NCBI GenBank assembly: GCA_035482455.1
Contig: DATHQS010000221.1
Span: 1-49,831, forward strand
DNA length: 49,831 bases
DNA from: Candidatus Acidiferrales bacterium
GTDB taxonomy: Bacteria > Verrucomicrobiota > Verrucomicrobiia > Limisphaerales > UBA11358
Direction: 5' to 3'
The notes under the pieces were generated by a model. The model was not told the origin of the DNA. It made no database searches and saw only the letters and a list, made by a program, of their open reading frames with translations. A program made the translations under genes and the position numbers. Shown piece by piece: positions 24,568 through 31,347 of this stretch. How positions within the stretch are numbered: position 1 is the first letter of the stretch; each line of letters starts with the position of its first letter.

Positions 24568-25929
24568 ATGAACAAAGTGAAGACGATTTTTTCCGGGTTG
24601 CTCGTTTTGCTGGCGATGAATGTTTGCGTTGCCGCCGACACAAATACCAATACGGTCGTGCCGGCGTGGCTATCCCGCCCGCTGTCGCTGGCGGACGCGC
24701 TGAACACCGCGCTCATCCAGAACGCCTCGATTCTCAAAGCCAAGAACGACTTTGAGGCCTCGCAGGGGCTGGTCATCTCGACGCGCGCAATCGCCCTGCC
24801 GCAGGTCACGGCGGGCGGACAATATGGGGATGAACAGAAGTCGCTCGTGCAAAATTTCCCCGGCGTCACCAGTACCCAGCCGCATCAAAACTGGAGCACG
24901 GACATCCAGATTTCCCAGACGATTTACGATGGCGGCAAATCCATCGCCGCGCTCCGGTCCGCCAATGTGACGAAAAAACAGGCCATCGCCATTTATCAGA
25001 CGGCGGTGGCGGACACCCTGCTGCAGGTGCGGCTGGCCTACTACAGCGTGCTGCTGGCCGAGCAGCAGATCGTGGTGAACGAGGCGTCGGTGAAGCTGTT
25101 GCAAAAGGAGCTCGAGGACCAGCAGCATCGGTTGGATGCCGGGACGGTGCCGAAGTTCAATGTCCTCCGCGCCGAGGTGGCGGTGGCAAACCAGCGGCCG
25201 GCCCTGATCCAGGCGCGCAACAGCTATCGCATCGCCAAAAATAACCTTGCGAACCTGCTCGGCTACAACCTGCCGCGCGAGATCTGGGAAGACATCCCGT
25301 TGAATCTGACCGACGGTTTTGACACCGCGCCCATGCAGGTGAACCTGCCGGATGCCATCCAGGAAGCGTTGCAGAAGCGCACGGAACTCGAGGCGTTGCG
25401 CCGCACCGTGGACCTGCAAAAACTCAATGTCGTCAGCGCACGCTCCACCTATCAGCCGGCCGTCTCCGTTTTCGCCGGCTACGACTGGCAGAGCTCGCAG
25501 TTCTCAGAACAGCTGGGTGATCACTTCAATGGCTGGGTGGCGGGGGCGAAACTGGACTGGGCCATTTTTGACGGCGGCGGCACCTATGGCCGGACCAAGA
25601 CGGCGAAGGCGCAGTTGGAAAGATCCAAGACCGACCTCGCTGACCAGCAGCGGCAGATCGAGCTCGGCGTGCGCACCGCGTATTCCGACCTGGTGCAGGC
25701 GCGTGAAACGTTGGAATCACAGGAGAAGGTGCAGGAAGAGGCCGACGAAGCCTTGCGCGAAGCGAATGCCCGCGCCGAGGCCGGCACCGGCACGCAGCTG
25801 GACGTGCTGGATGCGGAAACATCGCTCACGCAATCGCGCACCACGCAAATCACCGCCCAGCACGACTACGCCGCCGCCCGGGCAAGCTTCGAACGCGCTA
25901 TCGGCAAAGATCTCGCGCCGGTGAAGTGA
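24568..25929 (+). CDS. TolC-family outer-membrane efflux protein
   Basis: Signal MNKVKTIFSGLLVLLAMNVCVAA. Two OEP repeats (LSLADALNTALIQNASIL..., VNLPDAIQEALQKRTELEAL...). The track start is TTG 24553; I prefer ATG 24568. Confidence 0.85.
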   Translation: MNKVKTIFSGLLVLLAMNVCVAADTNTNTVVPAWLSRPLSLADALNTALIQNASILKAKNDFEASQGLVISTRAIALPQVTAGGQYGDEQKSLVQNFPGVTSTQPHQNWSTDIQISQTIYDGGKSIAALRSANVTKKQAIAIYQTAVADTLLQVRLAYYSVLLAEQQIVVNEASVKLLQKELEDQQHRLDAGTVPKFNVLRAEVAVANQRPALIQARNSYRIAKNNLANLLGYNLPREIWEDIPLNLTDGFDTAPMQVNLPDAIQEALQKRTELEALRRTVDLQKLNVVSARSTYQPAVSVFAGYDWQSSQFSEQLGDHFNGWVAGAKLDWAIFDGGGTYGRTKTAKAQLERSKTDLADQQRQIELGVRTAYSDLVQARETLESQEKVQEEADEALREANARAEAGTGTQLDVLDAETSLTQSRTTQITAQHDYAAARASFERAIGKDLAPVK

Positions 25930-25949
25930 GCCATCTCGCCTGACTTCCA

Positions 25950-26055
25950 ATAAACGCAAGAGGCGCAGAGGACGCAAAGAAACGCAGAGAAAAAACATAA
26001 CCATGACGCAGCCGCCTCTGCGGGTCTCAGCGCCCTCTGCGCCTCTGCGTTTTTT
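25950..26055. terminator. CGCAGAG-word palindromic element / bidirectional terminator between convergent genes
   Basis: aaacgcaagaggcgcagagg (25952..25971) pairs with cctctgcgcctctgcgttt (26034..26052), followed by TTTTT. Carries several CGCAGAG and CTCTGCG words. Same word family as 37894..37999. Confidence 0.6.
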
Positions 26056-26081
26056 CCGGCTGTAATCCAATAAATTACCAA

Positions 26082-26813
26082 CTACGGCAGCTTCATGATC
26101 TCCGTCCGCAGCCGGCCGATGGTCTGCGACGCCAAGTGCTGGTCGATTGAACCATCGACGGGTTTCTCCAAATCCACGTGGCCGTCGGCAAAGGTGACAT
26201 TCGCCTTTTGGGCATGGCGGAAGTGGGTGTTGGGGAGCGAACTGAAATCAAAGTAATACCACTCTTCAAACATCGGGTTGCTGCTGGAGGCCGGCGCCTG
26301 GAAGGTGTTGACCTGCGCCGTGTCGGTGAAAATAGCGATGGTCGCCGGGCTGGCAATTTTGCTGGTATTCACGGGCTGGTTTCCCGGCCCGCCAAAAATG
26401 TACGAGTTGCAGCCGTAGCTGAAGATGGCGTTGGTGCCCTTGAGCTTGAACTGTGGCGAATTCCAAACGGGCGAGGCGCAGAGGCGCACGGCGCTGCCGC
26501 CGAGGTACGGATAGAGCACGCCGGTGGACAGGTCGAAAGGCCGGTGACCTTCGGGCTGGGTGTTGTCGATCCAGCCGAACCAGTAGAGCGTGCCGCCGTT
26601 CGTGTTGCCAAGATTGTAGCGGAAGGAGTTTCCGCCGTTTTCATCCCAATATAATTGCGTGGCCAGCCCGAGCTGGCGGATGTTGCTGGTGCAATCGGCG
26701 CGCTGGGCGGTGGCCTTGGCGCGCGTGAGCGCGGGCAGCAGCATCGCCGCCAGGATGGCGATGATGGCGATGACCACCAGCAATTCAATCAAGGTGAACG
26801 CGCGCCGTTTCAT
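26082..26813 (-). CDS. Prepilin-type N-terminal cleavage/methylation protein, DUF1559 / H-X9-DG family (pseudopilin-like)
   Basis: [29 protein letters not shown] (class III signal). C-terminal [13 protein letters not shown] is H-X9-DG. The 420-aa track ORF is an in-frame upstream extension through the inserted element. Confidence 0.85.
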   Translation of the reverse strand: MKRRAFTLIELLVVIAIIAILAAMLLPALTRAKATAQRADCTSNIRQLGLATQLYWDENGGNSFRYNLGNTNGGTLYWFGWIDNTQPEGHRPFDLSTGVLYPYLGGSAVRLCASPVWNSPQFKLKGTNAIFSYGCNSYIFGGPGNQPVNTSKIASPATIAIFTDTAQVNTFQAPASSSNPMFEEWYYFDFSSLPNTHFRHAQKANVTFADGHVDLEKPVDGSIDQHLASQTIGRLRTEIMKLP

Positions 26814-27008
26814 GCCTGGTGCATCCTGATACTGCTCCAAAATTTCCGCCGCCCCAGGAGCGCGACTGTGCTGAAAGCCAGTCGCAGCAATGTGCAAAGA
26901 CCAAACCGCATACGCATGCGATGGCCGCGCTGTATTCCCACCTTGCTGCGGCTGGTCTCCGACACAGCCGCGCTCCGGGGGCAGGGTAAGGATGCGCCGT
27001 TTCATGCC
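26802..27008. mobile_element. MITE-like 192-bp insertion bounded by an identical 15-bp direct duplication (GCGCCGTTTCATGCC)
   Basis: 15-mers at 26802..26816 and 26994..27008 are identical and each contains the minus-strand ATGAAACGGCGC (MKRR). The internal body has 34-nt inverted arms (26857..26890 / 26943..26976, 27/34 matches). Each arm is itself a 7-bp hairpin (GCGACTG...CAGTCGC; GCGGCTG...CAGCCGC). Imperfect terminal inverted repeats atcctgatactgc / gcagggtaaggat. Confidence 0.55.
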
Positions 27009-27766
27009 GCGGCCTCCAGATGTTGTTTCATCTGCCGGAAACCGTGGATGAGCCGGTAGCCGGGCTGCAGGATGTCTTCGCCGGCGATCTCGTGCACACG
27101 GCCGGAACGCACGGCGGCCAGATTTTCCCAGCCCGGGCGCGCGGCAATCTCCGCCGTCCGCAGCGGTTTGCCGCACCACGAGGCAAAAATGATCTCCGGA
27201 CGGGTGGCGCAGACCTGGGCGGGCAACACCACGCGCTCCATGGCCGCGCGGCGGTTTCGCAATTCCGGAAAAACATCCTCGCCGCCGGCGCGCTCGATCA
27301 ATTCCCCGACCCAGCCGATGCCGGAGATGAGCGGGTCGTTCCATTCCTCGAAATAAACCCGGGGACGGACCGGCCGCGAGACCGGCGCCAACTGTTCACG
27401 AAATTCGGCCAGCAGCTGTTCCGCCGCCGGTTCGCAATCCACAATCCGCGCCAGCAAGGCGAGCGTGTTTTCAACCTCCGCCAGCGTGCGCTGGTTGGTG
27501 GCCAGCACGGACAATCCCCGCTGCATGAGTTCGGAGGCCAACTTGGCCTGCACATCGGAAAAAGTGATGACGAGGTCGGGGCGCAGTTGCACGATCTGCT
27601 CCAGGTTCGCGGAACTGAAGCCGCTGACGCGCGGTTTGGGCGGCGCTGCCGGTGGCGGATTGAAGAACGCCGTGACGCCCACCACGCGCTCCCACGCGCC
27701 AATGCGCCAGAGCCAGTCCGCCGCCTCGGCGGACAGACAGACGATGCGCTGGGGGATGCGGTTCAT
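27002..27766 (-). CDS. BtuF-like cobalamin/siderophore-type periplasmic-binding-fold protein (PBP type 2) with no recognisable signal peptide
   Basis: [26 protein letters not shown]...[16 protein letters not shown]...[27 protein letters not shown] matches the BtuF/Peripla_BP_2 pattern. ATG 27766 overlaps the upstream stop (ATGA). The N-terminus MNRIPQRIV has no hydrophobic leader. Confidence 0.75.
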   Translation of the reverse strand: MNRIPQRIVCLSAEAADWLWRIGAWERVVGVTAFFNPPPAAPPKPRVSGFSSANLEQIVQLRPDLVITFSDVQAKLASELMQRGLSVLATNQRTLAEVENTLALLARIVDCEPAAEQLLAEFREQLAPVSRPVRPRVYFEEWNDPLISGIGWVGELIERAGGEDVFPELRNRRAAMERVVLPAQVCATRPEIIFASWCGKPLRTAEIAARPGWENLAAVRSGRVHEIAGEDILQPGYRLIHGFRQMKQHLEAAA

Positions 27767-28125
27767 TTGACGGCAAAGGGATTGGGCTCGGTTGCAAACG
27801 GACAATGGCGGCAGCCGCTGTCACAACAATAACCGCGCCGGTAGTGATACGCCGCGGTAAAAACCATCAGCCCGCCGTCGAAATAGAAATCGCCGGGCAG
27901 GACTTTTAACGCGGGCGTGCCGTTGGTCTTGGACCGGTGAAATTTCATCACGCAAGCGCGGCAGATGCAGGCCTGGTTCCGGTATTCCACCGGGATCTTG
28001 GCGATGAGTTCCTCGGGAATCTTCACCTTCGCGCACCAGCACGGCCCCTTGTAGGCGGCAAAACTGCTCAACTGGCAGTCGTTCAAACCGCCGCACAAGG
28101 GACACAGGCTGGGATTGAGGCTCAT
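27763..28125 (-). CDS. Cysteine-rich protein: CWC-type domain fused to a DUF5522-like CCxxGCRHCP domain
   Basis: From ATG 28125: MSLNPSLCPLCGGLNDCQ...GPCWCAKVKIP...ACICRACV (Cys_rich_CWC pattern), then YFDGGLMVFTAAYHYRRGYCCDSGCRHCPF (DUF5522 pattern). 13 Cys in 120 aa. ATGA overlaps with both neighbouring genes. Confidence 0.7.
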   Translation of the reverse strand: MSLNPSLCPLCGGLNDCQLSSFAAYKGPCWCAKVKIPEELIAKIPVEYRNQACICRACVMKFHRSKTNGTPALKVLPGDFYFDGGLMVFTAAYHYRRGYCCDSGCRHCPFATEPNPFAVK

Positions 28126-29732
28126 GGGCGGTCGGCGCGGATGCGGTAGAACGCCTTGTCCGGCGGGGTGGCCGGATCGGCGATGACGGTGGTGGTGCCG
28201 TTGCCGGCGGTGCTGGCGGCGGCCGACCAGCCTTGCAGGTCGGCGCTGCGTTCCAGCGTGTAAGTCCAGTTCGTCCGGCTCAGGAACTGCGCCTGCCACT
28301 GGCCGGCCTGGATGCCGCCGGCGAGATTTTGCACGGGGGGCGGCGGCAGGCTGACGACGAAATTATCCACGACGCCGTGGGCGAGGATGTCGTCACCAAA
28401 ACCATCGCCCGTGTAACTGCTGATGGAAACCGTATCCAAGCGGAAGTAATTGATGTTGGCCGGAAAGTAAAAGGGCAGCGCCGTGTAAAGCACGCCATTG
28501 GTCAGCACCTGGCCGGTGATGTTCGTTGAGCCGGCCGCGTGCGAAAGGATGATTTGATACGTGACGCCGGGGCTGAGCGTCAGGTTGTCATAGGCGAACG
28601 CCAGCCCGTCGAAGCCGGGCTGCGTGTCCTTCAGCGTGGCGTCGATGGAGTCCAGGTCGTAGTAGAGATTGGCGGGGAAATAATCGAACTCGAACAGGTT
28701 GGGTGAGTTGCCGCCGGCGCGGGCGAAGGCGGCGTTGGTGGCGTCGGCGAGATTGAAGAGGCCGATGGAGATTTCGTTGGCACCGCCAAACGTCGTCAGA
28801 TCGTTCAACGTAAAATCAAACGAGACGGTGAAGGCGTCGTCGCTGGTGAGCACCGTGCCGAGCGGGTGATACAGATAGCTGTTCACATCGGTGGAATCCC
28901 AGGTGACTTCCACGTTGTGGTTGGTGGGGTTCCAGTGGAAGAGGTTGGTATCGCCGAAATATTTCCAGCCGTTCAACGCCGGGTCGGTGTAAAAATCATC
29001 AGCAAACACCGGCAGCGCGCCGCTCACGCTGGAGAGGGCGTCCACTTCCGATTTGTTGCCGAGCACGTTGATGCGGACGTAACGCACGATGGGGATGTTC
29101 ACGGAATTTCCATTCGTATCCTGCGCCCAGGCGAGGTCGTAGCCGGTGCCGCCCGCCGAGCCGTTATACAGCGCGCGGATGCCGGCGAGGCCCAGGCCGC
29201 CAAAGCTGTTGGTCGTGAGCGCGGGGTTCACCGGCAGATGCGGATTGCCGAGGCCGTCGGTCGGGTAGATGTTGTCCACCGTGGGCGCGAGCGCGGGGTT
29301 GAGCGTGTACCAGTTCACGCCGTCGGCGCTGACTTCCACGCGGGTGGCATCGAGGTTGTTGCCGCCAATCGCGCCGGAGGTGATGCCGCCGCCGGAAAAA
29401 TTGCCGTTCGTGATGGCAAAGAAGGTGTTCCCAAAGATCAGGAAATCCAGACCGAACGGGTTGGACGGGTCGTTGATGATCGGCTGGTCGAAGCGCACGG
29501 TGAGCGAGCCGTTGGTGCCGATGGAGACGAGTTGCGACTTGGAGAACGGCGGGCCGAACGGGGTGATGGATGCGCCGGAAGCCGGGGCGCCGAGGACGGC
29601 GCCGGTGTTGGTGAAGCCGTTGGCGGCACCGGTGCCACGGTCAAAGTCGATCACGGCACTGGCGAATTGGGCATGGACGGAAACGACGGACAGGACGAAC
29701 AGGCTGGCGAGCGCCAGCGGACGGATTTTCAT
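28122..29732 (-). CDS. Secreted 536-aa protein of unknown function, first gene after the cobalamin riboswitch
   Basis: Signal MKIRPLALASLFVLSVVSVHAQ. N-terminal domain VIDFDRGTGAANGF...QLVSIGTNGSLTVRFDQPIINDPSNPFGLDFLIFGN...RVEVSADGVNWY. Central ConA/LamG-like region. C-terminal module ...YTLERSADLQGWSAA...AFYRIRADRP is shared with the fibro-slime protein at 31348..32325. Confidence 0.75.
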   Translation of the reverse strand: MKIRPLALASLFVLSVVSVHAQFASAVIDFDRGTGAANGFTNTGAVLGAPASGASITPFGPPFSKSQLVSIGTNGSLTVRFDQPIINDPSNPFGLDFLIFGNTFFAITNGNFSGGGITSGAIGGNNLDATRVEVSADGVNWYTLNPALAPTVDNIYPTDGLGNPHLPVNPALTTNSFGGLGLAGIRALYNGSAGGTGYDLAWAQDTNGNSVNIPIVRYVRINVLGNKSEVDALSSVSGALPVFADDFYTDPALNGWKYFGDTNLFHWNPTNHNVEVTWDSTDVNSYLYHPLGTVLTSDDAFTVSFDFTLNDLTTFGGANEISIGLFNLADATNAAFARAGGNSPNLFEFDYFPANLYYDLDSIDATLKDTQPGFDGLAFAYDNLTLSPGVTYQIILSHAAGSTNITGQVLTNGVLYTALPFYFPANINYFRLDTVSISSYTGDGFGDDILAHGVVDNFVVSLPPPPVQNLAGGIQAGQWQAQFLSRTNWTYTLERSADLQGWSAAASTAGNGTTTVIADPATPPDKAFYRIRADRP

Positions 29733-29819
29733 TTGGCTGATCTTTCATTTCGGTCCCGTGAAAAAAAATCACGGAACGGATTTACAGTTGGAAGACCAGC
29801 GCAGAAATGAATTGCTCAT

Positions 29820-29883
29820 CGTTCCCGTCCCCGTCCCCGTCCCCGTTCGAAAAATTTCGAGGACGAGGACGAGGACGAGGACG
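29820..29883 (-). repeat. Hexamer-repeat hairpin in the riboswitch leader: (CGUCCU)x4 - loop - (CGGGGA)x4 on the minus-strand RNA
   Basis: Plus strand: cgttcccgtccccgtccccgtccccg ttcgaaaaatttcga ggacgaggacgaggacgaggacg. On the minus-strand transcript GUCCUC pairs with GGGGAC using one G-U wobble per hexamer (18 contiguous bp plus about 4 more). On the plus-strand transcript these become C-A mismatches. Confidence 0.8.
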
Positions 29884-29889
29884 AAAAGC

Positions 29890-29928
29890 AAAAAAGCCTT
29901 CATCTCCGGCAAAACGGGGAATGAAGGC
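29890..29928 (-). terminator. Rho-independent terminator candidate (riboswitch expression platform)
   Basis: Minus strand GCCTTCAT-17 nt-ATGAAGGC followed by TTTTTT (A6 at 29890..29895 on the plus strand). Lies about 90 nt 3' of the aptamer and about 160 nt 5' of the ATG at 29732. Confidence 0.6.
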
Positions 29929-30019
29929 ATTCAACGAGTCCCGCCGAAAACAGATCGGCGGGCTGGCTCCATCCTTCTCTTTGCGGAGAAGTGCCCCGAA
30001 ATCGTTCGGGGCTGACGAG

Positions 30020-30161
30020 CGCAGTCAAACCGGTATCCTGACTTGGGCTTCAGACCTTTTCCCGCCTTCCCGTCCTTGCGGACAGTGGCATTGGGAATTG
30101 TAGCCGTTACAGTGGCGCAACCGTCCCGGATTCACACCGGGTTCCCAGACATTTGACTGCG
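30020..30161 (-). promoter_or_regulatory. Cobalamin (B12) riboswitch aptamer
   Basis: Minus strand: CGCAGTCAAA(P1)...GGGAACCCGGTGTGAATCCGGGACGG...GCGCCACTGTAACGG...AATGCCACTGTCC...GGGAAGGCGGG...AAGTCAGGATACCGG (B12 box, 30030..30044)...TTTGACTGCG(P1'). All hallmark blocks of the RF00174-type consensus are present in the right order. Confidence 0.9.
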
Positions 30162-30239
30162 ATATCGGCGGAATCGCTTCCGCCGTTTCAAAGAACAGGG
30201 ACAGTTCTACGCGGAATAAAAAATTTTCCAAGCAAAATA

Positions 30240-30257
30240 TTTTTTTTTGGGGGGGGG
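30240..30257. repeat. Back-to-back homopolymer tract T9G9
   Basis: tttttttttggggggggg read directly. Lies between the DUF695-like gene stop (30337) and the riboswitch, where base composition changes by eye. Confidence 0.9.
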
Positions 30258-30336
30258 CGGGAAAGGCGGGGATGCCGCGCAGCGTACCGACACGAATGTC
30301 GGTTTTCTAGTACCGGCCCTTTTATGGTTAGATGCC

Positions 30337-30846
30337 TCAGTTGCGTTCACGACCGATAATGCCGACAATGTCATTCCAAATCTTCCATTCAGCGTCATCG
30401 TAGAACTCGGTCTTGAGCGGGTAATTGGGGTGGCGCCCAAGGGCGCTGTTCAAACGGCTCATAAATTCACCGCGATCTTTGGCATAGAAAAGCCATTCCT
30501 TGAAATCCATACCGGTTGAGACGAGCATGAGAAACGAGTAACCATTGTACGAGGTAAGCTCTTCAATCGCCGCTTCAAAAACCAGTTGTTGAGCGTTCAC
30601 GTCGCTGGGCGGCATACCGGAATCTCCGCCCTCGTAGTTCCATCGGATCGAAATACCAGTGGCGTACGAACCAATATCCGCAATCGGAGGTTTGGTTGTG
30701 CGAAGGCGATACACCACTCTTGCTTCAGCATTCTCCACCTCCGCCATAACCCAGTGATTCAACTCATCAGGAGGCATCTCGTTCCTATCATTCCTACCAA
30801 ATAATCTGTTGAGGAATTTCACAAGCTCATAAAGGGACCCTAGCAT
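30337..30846 (-). CDS. Hypothetical protein, DUF695-like (tentative)
   Basis: 169 aa, A/T-richer than surrounding DNA. GISIRWNYEGGDSGMPP...FEAAIEEL...LMLVSTGMDFKEWLFYAKD...DDAEWKIW resembles my recollection of DUF695. Family assignment not verified. Confidence 0.5.
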   Translation of the reverse strand: MLGSLYELVKFLNRLFGRNDRNEMPPDELNHWVMAEVENAEARVVYRLRTTKPPIADIGSYATGISIRWNYEGGDSGMPPSDVNAQQLVFEAAIEELTSYNGYSFLMLVSTGMDFKEWLFYAKDRGEFMSRLNSALGRHPNYPLKTEFYDDAEWKIWNDIVGIIGRERN

Positions 30847-30914
30847 TTATACCAGACTGATTTCATCTGGTTCAAGATTGTCACAAAATCCGGGCTTCGT
30901 CCATTGCACAACTT

Positions 30915-31058
30915 CTAAGGCAACGCAATCAGTCCAACTGTATGGCGATGGGTGCAAAAACTGGGGCTGACCCCATCACGGGGATGATTCTTCGGGACGC
31001 GGCGACCGTACATCAGGCCGGTGGTGCCGTCGTCGCCGGTTTTGGTGGCGATGCTCAT
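30915..31058 (-). pseudogene. 5' remnant of a PduO-type ATP:cob(I)alamin adenosyltransferase gene
   Basis: Own translation (too short for the ORF track): MSIATKTGDDGTTGLMYGRRVPKNHPR|DGVSPSFCTHRHTVGLIALP*. The first 27 aa match the conserved PduO/MMAB N-terminus (xYTrtGDxGxTxLxxGxRvxKddxR). The expected VEAYG...DEL continuation is absent and the sequence turns A/T-rich near 30980. Confidence 0.65.
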
Positions 31059-31094
31059 TGTGTTTCACGGGAGGAAATTCAAGGCACGTGAAAA

Positions 31095-31126
31095 GTTGAA
31101 GAGTTAAAGCGTTGAAGGGTTGAAGC
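31095..31126 (+). repeat. Octamer tandem repeat GTTGAAGA/GTTAAAGC/GTTGAAGG/GTTGAAGC
   Basis: Read directly. Shares the GTTGAA/TTCAAC core with 33701..33750 and 38926..38958. Confidence 0.85.
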
Positions 31127-31347
31127 GGGACAATGCCACAGGCCAAAAGCGGCGCTGAAGCAGCCGCTTTCGACCGTGCTCGCCGCGTACGAATTTGCAA
31201 GACGCTGGGCAGGGTTAGGATGCCCCTCTGCCGCTCATGACTTCCCGGCGGCGGCAGTATGTTCCAAAATGGAACTAACTGAATCTTCCCCTAATTCGCC
31301 AGTTTTGAAGATGCTTGGTGACCGCCGTCGGTTGAGACGTCGAGATG

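Noticed and set aside
29807-30103. 98-aa + strand ORF with SPSPSP and RGRGRGR repeats
   Set aside because: It is the translation of the hexamer-repeat hairpin and the antisense of the riboswitch leader. The region is explained by RNA structure.
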